Assembly (NCBI GenBank): GCA_029953675.1
Contig: JAMWBK010000007.1
Coordinates: forward strand, 744,001-808,000
Direction: 5' to 3'
Source of the DNA: Rhodosorus marinus CCMP1338
Taxonomy: Eukaryota; Plantae; Rhodophyta
DNA length: 64,000 bases
Shown: positions 12,087 through 25,049 of the stretch, piece by piece
How the letters are laid out: every line of letters starts with the position of its first letter
How positions within the stretch are numbered: the stretch's first letter is position 1
Made by a program: the position numbers and the translations under genes
Notes under the pieces: generated by a model
The model's database searches: none
Told to the model about the DNA's origin: nothing
What the model saw: only the letters and a program-made list of their open reading frames with translations

Positions 12087-12183
12087 CTAGCTCGGCTTGC
12101 GTGCCTTGGGCCCTACTCACTAGTTCCCTTTCAGCCCTGCGCAGCGCTTAAGAGTATGTTGTTAAACCACTACCACCACCACT
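12087..12183 (+). mobile_element. Short CRE-like 3' fragment in the B(+) upstream region
   Basis: ctagttccctttcagccctgcgcagcgcttaagagtatg...accaccacc. Same site as the 37.95-38.07 kb copy and absent from the B(-) arms. Confidence 0.6.
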
Positions 12184-12625
12184 GGAGAAGACGGCATCTA
12201 TTCGGAGACTAAAATAGGGGGTCTACCGTACCTTAGTTGGTTCAGTTCACTAGTACTGTCGATTTCCCTCGAGGGATGGGGTGCAAGGCTTCGTATACGT
12301 GTGGACATTTTGAAATAGGAAGCACCATAGCGTAGGATACTGCTGTCCGAGACCCCTGGGGCTAGACATTGTAACCTTCCGCGAATAATTTTCCAGACTA
12401 TGGTATAGGCAGGGACGATGATCCAATCTATCACTTGGGTCAGATCGCGGAGCGTAGGAGGAGGCAGATGTTCATGGATTCGGAAGGACGACTCCGATCA
12501 CAGGTTGTAAAAGGTGGCCGATACTCGGCAAGTTTGACAATTTCTTTGGAGCAAGACAACAAAGACAGCTGAGCAGAGCAGTACAACGAGCTAACAGACA
12601 AGGAGCTACAGATATATACAAGAGA

Positions 12626-13330
12626 ATGGTTTCCAAGATTGTGATTTTGGCCGCCACAGTCCACGCGGTTTGCGCCATGGGATCTGATGTTGCCATCAAC
12701 GACGCTGAGAGGATGTCAAAGAAGTGTAACGGGTCAGCCCTGTACAAGGTGGTGTTCGAATACTTGTGGACCGGTGCGACCCACCCCGACGCGTACCCGG
12801 AGGATGGACACTTCTCCCAGACAGTTGTTGCTTCCCACGGAAATGGATACCACCTGTGGACCCCTTACGCATACTCCACAAGGGGAGTTGAAGAAATTGC
12901 CGAGAGAGGCAAGATCAACACCCTCCTGACCGAGCTGAACCAGCAGAAGGACCGCAACGTCTTCGACTTTGTGTATTCCGACGAACCCACCGAGGACGGA
13001 TCTCAAAAAGTTACCCTCCTTATCAAACTCGACTACACTCGCACCTACGCCCCTGCCATCTCCATGGCTGCACCGAGCCCGGACTGGTTCACTGGATTCG
13101 ATGACGCTAACATGTGTGTTGACGGCAAGTGGGTGAAGGAGTACGAGAGGAACTTGAGCGTGTGGGACGCCGGAATGGACAAGGGGGCTGACTTCTTATC
13201 TGCGAACAAGAACCAGAACCCGAGGGAGCCGATTGTCTCAATCCTGGCAACTCGATTCGACGGAATTCGGGTCGGAAGCGTAAAGATCACTCGTGTTGGA
13301 GTTTTCAACTATCTGGTCTATGAGGTTTAA
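12626..13330 (+). CDS. Spondin_N protein type B (B1), stop-loss C-terminal extension
   Basis: 234 aa ending RVGVFNYLVYEV (TAA to TAT). Upstream TATA position reads TGTAAAA (12506). Confidence 0.85.
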   Translation: MVSKIVILAATVHAVCAMGSDVAINDAERMSKKCNGSALYKVVFEYLWTGATHPDAYPEDGHFSQTVVASHGNGYHLWTPYAYSTRGVEEIAERGKINTLLTELNQQKDRNVFDFVYSDEPTEDGSQKVTLLIKLDYTRTYAPAISMAAPSPDWFTGFDDANMCVDGKWVKEYERNLSVWDAGMDKGADFLSANKNQNPREPIVSILATRFDGIRVGSVKITRVGVFNYLVYEV

Positions 13331-15211
13331 CATCTCCTCATCTGAGAGTCCCTGGGATATTTGTTAGTTTGTGGACTACCTCCTGCGGGAGGCACGAGTT
13401 CGAAATTAAAAATTGAATCTTCCCACATAAGCACAAACGAGTTACGAACTCTCGGCGCTCACATGACCCAGCCCTATTATCCCCGTACAGACGAGCACTA
13501 CCAGAGCGCCTATCGAAGTGTATACGATCGTTTCCAATTTTTTTTTTTTGCTCATTCCACAGTAGGGGGAATTCCATGCTTGCAAACCATCACAATGAGA
13601 GAAGCAAACTCAAGTTGCCTCCTTCGACAAGCCCGGGAACAGCCAACAAACGGGTAGAAACAAGATCGCATAATGAGGCTCAAACGAGCGAAGGACGCAG
13701 CCAGTTGCTCTAAACTGAATGTACAGACTCAAAATCACAAAAATACAATTCCAATTCCGCCCGTTTTCCATCAGACCCACCGCGTACCCAGCTTCCACAC
13801 CTCATCACCAAGTGACACCGGCCCACATCCTCAATTCGCTCAGATGAGCCCTCAACTTCAATTCCTTCGAAAACGCTCAAAGAAAATGGATGACATCGTA
13901 TTTCTGCTCAAAAGCTATTATCGGTACTTAAAAAGCAACCGCCAATAGCTTGACGCCCTCATCCACGTCCGTAGAAAATCCTCTTCCTTCACCATGAACT
14001 CAATTAATAAACCAAAAACATATTCTGGGTGCATCTTTTAACCAATCGCAACTGCGCAGAGAAAAAGTATTCGCAAATAAATGCAAGCATTCTCGAATTT
14101 TGTAACTAAAACAATTGAAAAAAAAGTATTCCAAGAAAAATAGTTTCATTCTACCCCCTGCGTCCAGGACCCTAGGAATCAGATGCAATTGTATTGTGAG
14201 TGTCCATACAGATTTTTCAGTTTTTGTCCTGCGATCATGTACCCCTCCACGGGACGCCGTAGAAAATCTTCTCTAAGAGAAAAACTCCCAAATATAAGAA
14301 ATCACTTATTTGACGTTTTTATTTCTAAATTGCTTGAAGTCCCCTGCTCGTCTATCTCGTTCCAAATAATCTTTGTTTAGAGAATATCTGGGACTCGTCG
14401 ACACGAATACAATAATGAAGATGGAAAACCAACCCTCACATACCTAGATTATAAGCCTAGGCCCTCGTGAAATCGTTAATTTAAGATAGTCGAATGTGTC
14501 AGTGGTTTGAAGACAGCCTGTCGCTATTTTTCTTGGAAAATCTCTCTATGCGCATTGGGGCCAACTTCTATTATTACTTTTCATTACGAAAGCGATTGGT
14601 TTTCTCTATAGGAGGAGAAAACGACCAAATTGATGTTTTCTGCTGGTGGAAGCGATGGATGGGTTGAGTGGGAGAGCTAAGCTCTGCGTGGTCAATTTCT
14701 CAATAGAAAGAGCTTTCGTCCGTTTCATGTCACAGATTTCGCATACCTTCATCTGCTATCGCTGAGGTGAAGTATGGCTGAAAGGAGCCTTTCTCAGAAT
14801 TCAGGTTCATCCGCTGAAAGCCTTTGTACGTTCTGATGTCATCTCTGGTGAGATGACCATCGGAAATGAGTGGGGCAACTAAATGATGATGTATGCTGCA
14901 TGTTTTTGTTTGGGTATGTTCGGAATGATGTCGAGTTTGGAGACAGTTGGTGCATTTTCGACCGGATGAAACCACAACCGAGGTTGACGCAAAGTTTGGG
15001 GCTAACGTCGTCCTATGAGAGCTCAAGACCGAGATCTGAATGCTACGTCGACGAGAATGGAGACGCCTCCAAAATTCGATCGAAAGAGTATAAAGGGTGA
15101 CCCGAGACCCGTCAACTCGGACCGTGTCATCGAGGCAGACAACAAAGACAACAGTAGAACAGAACAGTACATCCAGCCAAGAGATAAGAACTAAAGAATA
15201 CATACTAGAAA

Positions 15212-15898
15212 ATGGTTTCCAAGATTGTGATTTTGCTTGCCGCAGCCTTCGCGGTTTGAGCCATGGGATCTGACGTTGCGATCAACGACGCAGAGAGGGT
15301 GTCGAAGAAGTGCAGCGGGAAGGCCATCTATTTGGTTCAGATCGACTATTTGTGGACCGGTGCTACCCACCCCTTCGCCTACCCGGATGACGGATACTTC
15401 TCGCCTACAACGGTTGCGTCCCACGGAAACGGTTTCCACCTGTGGACTCCTCACGGCTACTCGACCAGGGGTGTTGAGACCGTCGCCGAGCGAGGCAGGT
15501 TGAACTTCCTTCTGGCTGAGTTGGCCGCACAGAAGGGCCGCAATGTGTTCGACTTCGTTTACACCGAGGAACGCACTGAGGACGGATCTGAGACAGTGAA
15601 GCTGCTTGTCAAGCTTGAATACACGCGAACCTACGTTTCTGGCATCTCCATGCTGACACCGAGCCCGGACTGGTTCACTGGATTCGATGATGCCAACCTG
15701 TGTGTTGACGGGGAGTGGATTAAGAACTACGAGAGGAACCTGAGTGTCTGGGACGCGGGAACGGACAAGGGAGAAGACTTTGAGTCTCCGAACAGGAACC
15801 AGTTCCCAAGGAGGCCGATTGTGTCAATCCTTGGATCTCGATTCAACTCGGTTCCTGTCGGAACCGTTAAGATCATCCGCAAGCGTGTCTTCAAGTAA
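15212..15898 (+). pseudogene. Spondin_N type A (A2) with nonsense codon in the signal peptide
   Basis: TGC to TGA at codon 16 (15257-15259). The rest of the frame is open from Met18 (15263). Confidence 0.85.
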
Positions 15899-16039
15899 AT
15901 CGTTTCCGAGATTTTGCACGCATGTACTCTATGAGTTTCGATGGAAGTATATTGAGAAGATGATTGCCTCTTGCGAGAACCACAATTCAAACCACAATAA
16001 AGAACTTCCCCTTTTCCACGGAAATAATTGACTACTCCC

Positions 16040-16633
16040 GCACAAAGATCATTCAAAATAGAGTTGGAGAACCCGGAAGGGTTTCTCCGACACGTAAAGT
16101 TCTTAGCAGACCACCACCACTTCTCTAACCACCTGCTATCAACGCGAACTCCGAAAAGAACGATTCTCAACCCACCCAGCAGCTCAGGGCTACTGGAAGG
16201 ACTGAACAGATTGGAGCATGAAAAGAGACGGAAGATGATAGGTACAATTCCGTGGATTCTTCAAAACAACTACCTTGAAATGAGGGTGCCATTTGTTGGA
16301 ACTGCATGTTCTTTCAGAGCTACAGAGACCCGTGGAGGCACAAAGATCATTCAAAATAGAGTCGGAGAGCAGAGAAGGGTTTCTCCAACAAGTTCTTAGT
16401 ATACCACCACCACTTCTCGAACCACCCGCTATAAGGCGAACTCCGAAAAGAAGAACAGTTCTCACCCCACCCAACTGCTCGGGGCTAGCGGGGGAAGGGA
16501 CAGATTGGAGTTTGAAGAGAGACACAAAATGATAGATACAATACCGGAGATTCTTCAGAACAACTACCTTGAAATGAGGGTGCAATTTGTTGGAACTGGA
16601 TGCTCTTTCAGAGCTATAGAGACCCATGGAGGC
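16040..16633. repeat. 298-bp tandem duplication in spacer Z
   Basis: gcacaaagatcattcaaaatagagt at 16040 and 16338. The junction shares a GCACA microhomology. Confidence 0.85.
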
Positions 16634-17788
16634 ACATACACTGTTAACATTCTGTTAACAGCTAACCGGACGCAGAAAGTCTACGGGTTCGGGCCGAACA
16701 AGGGGGCTGCACAAGCGCATGGAGGAAGAAGACAAAACTGTGCTAGGCGGAATGACGGACCAAATGCATGGTGTGTACGTGCACAATCAAGAAATAAAAA
16801 AATAAGAGTTTTGTATCCGTGACAATAACGATGACTTGAAAAGACTCTCGAGTAGTTAGACTTGCTACGGGGTCGCAAAACTCCAAGGCAGGACCCCGAA
16901 TTCGGAAACCCCAAGCCAGGAGTTCCAATACAATTTCCCGTTCCACACTAAAAACCCGGGACACACTTGAAAACTCCTTCCGTAGTCGCAATTCGTTCAA
17001 TAAGGAAAAGTTGCACGAGCACACTGGAATCGCTTATTCCCGACTACTCCTCAACCAAACCTGCCAAAACGACCCTGGTTTTCCGCATTTCCTCACTTAA
17101 GGCTCCGGAATATCCAAATACGCACCCACCCGAGCTCGGCCAACTCTATGTCTAAATAATTTTAAAACGAAGACTCGATGAGCTGGGACGGGATAGGTTT
17201 AATATTGATTTAATGTGTCTACTATAAAGTTTTCTTGAATAAATTAGACCACAGAAAGCGTTCGGCGTACACCGCGGGCCCACACTGTAGTCTCATCATT
17301 TCAACGGATCCCGAGCGCTGCTGAAGAATCACACTGGTCTCGTTGCGGAGTCTTGACGTCGAAATTCGGTGCGATAGTGACCACAGTAGTTTGTTTCGAA
17401 GACTCAGTGTTCTGCGGTGACCGGAGAGAAAACGTTATGTGGTCGATCGGAAGCGGGCTGAGAGATCAAATATATTTTCGAAATGTAGAGAAGAGGTCAG
17501 GTGAAAGTACAACTTGCAACCAAACCATGAATTTGATGTGCGCTTGAAACGCAATGAGCGATTCATAAGCCGAGGGTAGAAGCGCTTCGATTTACTCTAT
17601 GTGTTAGTGTCGAGCTGAGTTGCTAGGCAGGGTGAGGTATGTGAGCGCCGAGAGTTCGTAAACTCGTTTGTGCTTATGTGGGAAGAGTTAGTTCTTTATT
17701 TTCGAGCGCGTGGCTCTCGCAGGAGGTAGTCGTCTAACTGACAGATATTTCCGGGGCTCTTTGATAGAGGGATGTGAACTCAGACCAG

Positions 17789-18475
17789 TTACTTGAACAC
17801 TCGAACACGAGTGATCTTTACGGTTCCGACCCGAATTCCATCGAAGCGAGTTGCCAGGATTGAGACAATCGGCTCCCTCGGGTTCTGGTTCTTGTTGGCA
17901 GATAAGAAGTCAGCCCCCTTGTCCGTTCCGGCGTCCCACACGCTCAAGTTCCTCTCGTACTCCCTCACCCACTTGCCGTCAACACACATGTTAGCGTCAT
18001 CGAATCCAGTGAACCAGTCCGGGCTCGGTGCAGCCATGGAGATGGCAGAGGCGTAGGTGCGAGTGTAGTCGAGCTTGATGAGTAGGGTAACTTTTTGAGA
18101 TCCGTCCTCGGTGGGTTCGTCGGAATACACAAAGTCGAAGACGTTGCGGCCCTTCTGCTGGTTCAGCTCGGACAGGAGGGTGTTGATCTTGCCTCTCTCA
18201 GCAATTTGCTCAACTCCCCTTGTGGAGTATCCGTGAGGGGTCCACAGGTGGTATCCGTTTCCGTGGGAAGCAACAACTGTCTGGGAGAAGTGTCCATCCT
18301 CCGGGTATGCGTCTGGGTGGGTAGCACCGGTCCACAAGTAGTCGAACACCACCTTGTACAGGGCTGACCCGTTACACTTCTTTGACACCCTCTCAGCGTC
18401 GTTGATGGCAACGTCAGATCCCATGGCGCAGACCGCGAGGACTGCGGCGGCCAAAATCACAATCTTGGAAACCAT
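17789..18475 (-). CDS. Spondin_N protein type B (B2)
   Basis: 228-aa ORF, signal peptide, Spondin_N motifs. Protein identical to B3. Confidence 0.9.
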   Translation of the reverse strand: MVSKIVILAAAVLAVCAMGSDVAINDAERVSKKCNGSALYKVVFDYLWTGATHPDAYPEDGHFSQTVVASHGNGYHLWTPHGYSTRGVEQIAERGKINTLLSELNQQKGRNVFDFVYSDEPTEDGSQKVTLLIKLDYTRTYASAISMAAPSPDWFTGFDDANMCVDGKWVREYERNLSVWDAGTDKGADFLSANKNQNPREPIVSILATRFDGIRVGTVKITRVRVFK

Positions 18476-21400
18476 TCTCTTGTGTATATCTGTAGCTCCT
18501 TGTCTTTTAGCTCGTTGAACTGCTCTGCTCTACTATCTTTGTTGTCGTGTTCCAAAGAAATTGTCAAGCTTGCCAGGTGTCTGTCATATTTTATACGTTC
18601 TGATCAGGGTCATACTTGCAACTCGAAGTCGATACGGTGGAGCTGCAAACTATATTGACGGCGTTAGCCCCAAGAAAATCTTGTGAGGCGATCACTTGCC
18701 TAGAGCTTTCGAAACTGAATCTAGCATCGACATGACCATCTGGTTCCCCCTACGCTAAGCGATTTGAGAATCTATCACTTGGGTCGCCAAGTGATAGATT
18801 GTCGTGCTTTATAAACCATAGTCAGGAAAAATATTCCAGAATGTGCAATCTCTGGCCCCAGAGATCTTGGAAAGTAGTATCCTACGCTACCGTGCTTCTA
18901 TATGAAAAAGTCCAGACCCGATACGAAGCCTCACAGACACCCCATCCGGTGGAGGAAATCGACACTACGGGTGAACTGAGTCAGCTGACTAAACTTGCAG
19001 TAGTCCAAAGCCAACATTCAATATGGGTAAACTCGATGAACGGCGATTAAACACATTGTTGATGAACTGCGATTGACGTTTTCTTCTATCCTATCGGCAG
19101 GAATTGCTCACAAACTATTCCTTGGGTTCCCCAGTTCACCGCGATTGAGCAGGGAAAGGAAGGAGCTAGGGCAGGATCTTTAGATTCGTTACTAATTTCC
19201 TTCCTAACTCAGCTCAGCCATCCTCAGTCCTATTGACATGGCTCTCTCGATGGCTTTCTCCAAGGAGAAATTAAGCCACTAAAAAAATGAGAAGACAAAC
19301 TGCCGCCCCCTCCATGCTTTCAAAAACAATCTAAAACATTGGTCAACGAGGGTGTCCGAGGTTCTCATATCTTTTTCAGTACAAAACAAACGTTTTGAGT
19401 GTTAATAAAAAAACTTGGGTACGGCCTTCCATTGGAAAGCAAATGCTCATTCGGGAGTTGTTGCGAGGGAATCTGAGGGGCTAAAAAAAGCTCTTCTGAC
19501 ACGACACATCGTGCTGCTCCAATCTCAAAACGGCATTTTTGCCACACAAAGGAAAACTCGATTGAGCAAACAACGAATAGAGCCGGTCGAGGCGCTCTGC
19601 GACCAAGTCCGCGGCAACCAGCGGTCCAAGAGTCGGACATACACAACAATAAACAGGACCATTCGATGGCCAAGCCAAGCTCAAATATCTGGAGTATACA
19701 ACTGCCCGCGCGTCCTTGGTTTCATTCCGAAGCCTCATGGTAGCAGCGTATAGAGCCGGTCGAGGCGCTCAGCGAACGATTCACGAAATCCAAGGAACAC
19801 AACCATAGTGGGAGTTTCTATACTGTGACGCGGCTCCCGAGCGAAAAAGTGGGACAAACGCATCAGACTGTGGTCGTAAAACCATCACCAACGTTGAAAG
19901 CTTGTTTCGCATCCTAATCAAAATATTAAAAGAAAATAGATGGTATCGTGAATTGTGGCTGACAAAAGGTTCATCACTAAACTTTAATGGAAAATATAAA
20001 CTCCATCGGGCTCCGCCCCCCCCTTTGATTTTTGTTTCGACGCACAGATATTAATGGGAGAAGTATTTTGATTCATATCTCCCCAGCCGAACTGATTGGT
20101 TATTGCAAGGGAGAGTGTATATTTTTCATATTTTTCTATTCGACTAACGTATAGAGCATTTAATTGGTTGATCCCAGACTATTTTCATTCGGGTTGAACA
20201 CGGACAAGATGATTGGTTGATGGGAAAAGTATTTTGATTCAGGATAACAAGATCGACTCTCGGTGCAACTCGAGAAAACTGAAGTTTGAGGGGTGTTGGA
20301 ATTGGGGCAACACAAAAAAACAGAGGGAAGGTTGAGAGTCAGTTGGGGAGGCGACGGAGGGGTTTTGGGATCAACTGTGTCGAAAACAGCTGGTAGAGAT
20401 TCTGTGAGTTTGAACTCGAGAGGCGAGTTGTGCAATGGATGCTAGTGAAGCGATTGAGGACAGTCATGTTCCGAATTATGTTCGAGGTCTGCCCCGTAGC
20501 TGCCTGCAAGGGCGATATGGGCATTGAGCATTCAGGTTTTCGTGCGATTTGTGTCAGGGTTTTGGATGCTTGTACTAATGAAAGTGAATCTGCTGTTTCA
20601 TAAGTGCAGTGCTCCGCGGAACTCATCGATTGCAGTATGCCCTAATCATCTGGAACGAGCTTGTTCAGCAGCTCCGTTGAAGAGTGCTTGATAAGTCCCC
20701 CCTTACCATATGCCAAGGGTACTTCCTGCGAGGGTGTTCTCCAGTTGCACTGTCATCTGTAAAGACTTTACGAGCGTACTGTCCCCACGACTCAACAAGA
20801 ATCCGTTGGTTTCCTATAAAAAAAAAGCCAGAAGGTTCTGATCAACAATCTCACAGCAAACCAAAGAGCAGGACTTGCCAAAAAAAGGTTAACAGACTGT
20901 CCTAAAAACTGTGCTGGGCAGCAAAAAACAATTTTACCATTAAAAACAATCATGAATAAAGTATAATCTTACAGCATCTTCCAGTAGAAAGAACGAATGG
21001 TTTAATAGAAAGAAGGCGGAAAGCCAGATGTCTATATAAACCGTTGGAAAAGAGGCGATGAATATGGGATTGAGGATGCTGAGTTTGCCTGAGGAAAGTA
21101 GGTCCTGCCCCAGCTGCTTCCTTTGCTTGCAATGTGCATAGTAAGCTGGCCGAATCAAGGAATAATTTCCAGGCAAGTGTTTGTGTTTTTGACAGGATAG
21201 AAGAAACGCGAATGGTCAGCTGCCAGGGTTCACTGGTAGGGTCGATTTTCTGCGATGGATGGGGTGTAAGGCTTGGTACGGGGCGGCGGATCGTTTGAGA
21301 TATGGGAAGCACAGCAACCTAGGCTATTAGTTTCCGAGACCTCTGGGGCGAGACATTGTACATTCTGTGAATATTTTTTCTGACTATGGTTTACACAGGA

Positions 21401-21710
21401 TGACGATCCAATCTATCACTTGGATCAAATTGCGGAGCGTAGGAGGAGGCAGATGTTCATGTTAGATTCAGCTTCGACAGCTCTAGGCCAGTGATCGCCT
21501 CACAAGATTTTCTTGGGGCTAACGCCGTCAATATAGTTTGCAGCTCCACCGTATCGACTTCGAGTTGCAAGTATGACCCTGCTCAGAAGGTATAAAAGAT
21601 GACAGACACCCGGCAAGCTTGACAATTTCTTTGGAACACGACAACAAGGATAGTAGAGCAGAGCAGTTCAACGAGCTAAAAGACAAGGAGCTACAGATAT
21701 ACACAAGAGA

Positions 21711-22397
21711 ATGGTTTCCAAGATTGTGATTTTGGCCGCCGCAGTCCTCGCGGTCTGCGCCATGGGATCTGACGTTGCCATCAACGACGCTGAGAGGGTG
21801 TCAAAGAAGTGTAACGGGTCAGCCCTGTACAAGGTGGTGTTCGACTACTTGTGGACCGGTGCTACCCACCCCGACGCATACCCGGAGGATGGACACTTCT
21901 CCCAGACAGTTGTTGCTTCCCACGGAAACGGATACCACCTGTGGACCCCTCACGGATACTCCACAAGGGGAGTTGAGCAAATTGCTGAGAGAGGCAAGAT
22001 CAACACCCTCCTGTCCGAGCTGAACCAGCAGAAGGGCCGCAACGTCTTCGACTTTGTGTATTCCGACGAACCCACCGAGGACGGATCTCAAAAAGTTACC
22101 CTACTCATCAAGCTCGACTACACTCGCACCTACGCCTCTGCCATCTCCATGGCTGCACCGAGCCCGGACTGGTTCACTGGATTCGATGACGCTAACATGT
22201 GTGTTGACGGCAAGTGGGTGAGGGAGTACGAGAGGAACTTGAGCGTGTGGGACGCCGGAACGGACAAGGGGGCTGACTTCTTATCTGCCAACAAGAACCA
22301 GAACCCGAGGGAGCCGATTGTCTCAATCCTGGCAACTCGCTTCGATGGAATTCGGGTCGGAACCGTAAAGATCACTCGTGTTCGAGTGTTCAAGTAA
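21711..22397 (+). CDS. Spondin_N protein type B (B3)
   Basis: 228-aa ORF. Inverted partner of B2. Confidence 0.9.
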   Translation: MVSKIVILAAAVLAVCAMGSDVAINDAERVSKKCNGSALYKVVFDYLWTGATHPDAYPEDGHFSQTVVASHGNGYHLWTPHGYSTRGVEQIAERGKINTLLSELNQQKGRNVFDFVYSDEPTEDGSQKVTLLIKLDYTRTYASAISMAAPSPDWFTGFDDANMCVDGKWVREYERNLSVWDAGTDKGADFLSANKNQNPREPIVSILATRFDGIRVGTVKITRVRVFK

Positions 22398-24362
22398 CTG
22401 GTCTGAGTTCACATCCCTCTATCAAAGAGCCCCGGAAATATCTGTCAGTTAGACGACTACCTCCTGCGAGAGCCACGCGCTCGAAAATAGAGAACTAACT
22501 CTTCCCACATAAGCACACAAACGAGTTTAAGCACTCTCGGCGCTCGCATGCCTCATCCCTCTTACCCCCAGCAGACGAGCACTATCAGGGCTCCCCATTG
22601 AATGGTATGCGATCGGTTAGGAAATTTGCTCGGTCCATAGTAGGGCGAAATCCATGCTGGAGAATACACTCTTCGCAGAAAAAGTTGCAGTGACACAGCT
22701 ACCACAAAAACCTTACACAAAAACCTTAAGCTCGGTTCTTCGATATAGACCGGGAAGAGCCAACAAAACCCGTAGAAACTAGACCGCATAATGAGGTTCA
22801 AAAGAGAGATGAACGCAAGCGGGTTGCTCTAAACTGAATGTACAGACTCAAATCACAAGAAAACTATTCCAGTTCCGCCCTTTTTTCCATCATACCCACC
22901 GTCTACCACAGTTTCAACAACCTTATTAGAGAGTGAACCAGCCCATATCCTCAATATGCTTTTATCCCACAAAACCTCAATAATAAACAAATTCATTCAG
23001 TATACCTAGAAACATACGAAAACGCTTAAGATAAGCATTGCGCCGTATTTCCCTCCAAATCCTTTTGTGGGTACTTGGAAAGCAACCGCCAATAGTTTGA
23101 CGCTTTCACCCACGTCAGTAGAAAACCCAGTTCCCTCACAATGAGCCAATTAATAAACCGAAAAAATTCTGAACGGCATTTTCAGCCAATCATAACTATT
23201 CAAAGGAAAAGTATTTTCAAATAAATTCATCTCATCTCAATATTGGTCGCCAAATAATCTAAAAAACTCCATTTCAATAATTGGTTTCGTTCTACCCCTT
23301 TCCGTCGCAAAATCAAAAACAGATGCCATGGTATTGCGACTGATCATCGCTTTTTTTGGTTTTGGTGTGGATCCCTGTACCCCTCCACCAGACGCGCACA
23401 ATCTACAAAAAAAGAAAAACTGCCAAATACAATAACTCATTTATTTTTGTCTTTTTTATTTCCAACTTTCTTGAAGCCCGCGCTTAAACTATCTCACACC
23501 AAAAAATCTTTGTTTAGAGAATATCTGGGACGCAAGTTGACATCAATATCATTATCAAGAAGAAATACATCCACTTTCTATCTAGATTATAGGCTTGGGC
23601 CTTCGTGAGATCGTTAATTTAAGATATTCGCAGGTGTCAGCCGTTTGAAGCTTGTCTACCGCGTTTACTCGGAAATCTCTCTATTCGGATTGAATGAATT
23701 TGGATTGGGGCAATCGTCTAGTACTTTTCATTATGAAAGCGACTAGTTTTCTCTCAACGAGGAGAAAACGACCATGTTCATGTTTCCCGCCCGTGGAAAC
23801 GATGGATGCAGTTGACTGAGAGCTGAGCTCTGCATGGGTCAATTTCTCAATAGAAAGCGCTTTCGTCAGTTTCACCTCGCAGATTTCGGATATCTTCATC
23901 TGCTGTCGCTGAGGTGAAGTATAGCTGAAAGGAGTCTTTCTCAGAAGTCAGGTTCATCGGGTGAAAGTCTTTGTACGTTCTGTGTATGTCATCTTTGGTG
24001 AGATGACCCATCTGAAATGAGCGGGGCAACTAAATGATGATGTATACAGCATTTTTTTGTTTCAGTCTGTTCGGAATGACGTCAAGTTTGGAGAAAGTTG
24101 GTGCGTTTTCGACCGGATGAAACCACAACCGAGGTTGACGCAAAGTTTGGGGCTAACGTCGTCCTATGAGAGCTCAAGACCGAGATCTGAACGCTACGTC
24201 GACGAGAATGGAGACGCCTCCAAAATTCGATCGAAAGAGTATAAAGGGTGACCCGAGACCCGTCAACTCGGACCGTGTCATCGAGGCAGACAACAAAGAC
24301 AACAGCAGAACAGAACAGTGCATCGAGCCAAGAGATAAGAACTAAAGAATACATACTAGAAA

Positions 24363-25049
24363 ATGGTTTCCAAGATTGTGATTTTGCTTGCCGCAGCCTT
24401 CGCGGTTTGCGCCATGGGATCTGACGTTACGATCAACGACGCAGAGAGGGTGTCGAAGAAGTGCAGCGGGAAGGCCATCTATTTGGTTCAGATCGACTAT
24501 TTGTGGACCGGTGCTACCCACCCCTTCGCCTACCCGGATGACGGATACTTCTCGCCTACAACGGTTGCGTCCCACGGAAACGGTTTCCACCTGTGGACTC
24601 CTCACGGCTACTCGACCAAGGGTGTTGAGACCGTCGCCGAGCGAGGCAGGTTGAACTTCCTTCTGGCTGAGTTGGCCGCACAGAAGGGCCGCAATGTGTT
24701 CGATTTCGTTTACACCGAGGAACGCACTGAGGACGGATCTGAGACAGTGAAGCTGCTTATCAAGCTTGACTACACGCGAACCTACGTTTCTGGCATCTCC
24801 ATGCTGACACCGAGTCCGGACTGGTTCACTGGATTCGATGATGCCAACCTGTGTGTTGACGGGGAGTGGATTAAGAACTACGAGAGGAACCTGAGTGTCT
24901 GGGACGCGGGAACGGACAAGGGAGAAGACTTTGAGTCTCCGAACAGGAACCAGTTCCCAAGGAGGCCGATTGTGTCAATCCTTGGATCTCGATTCAACTC
25001 GGTTCCTGTCGGAACCGTTAAGATCATCCGCAAGCGTGTCTTCAAGTAA
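24363..25049 (+). CDS. Spondin_N protein type A (A3)
   Basis: 228-aa ORF with the same motifs as A1. Confidence 0.9.
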   Translation: MVSKIVILLAAAFAVCAMGSDVTINDAERVSKKCSGKAIYLVQIDYLWTGATHPFAYPDDGYFSPTTVASHGNGFHLWTPHGYSTKGVETVAERGRLNFLLAELAAQKGRNVFDFVYTEERTEDGSETVKLLIKLDYTRTYVSGISMLTPSPDWFTGFDDANLCVDGEWIKNYERNLSVWDAGTDKGEDFESPNRNQFPRRPIVSILGSRFNSVPVGTVKIIRKRVFK

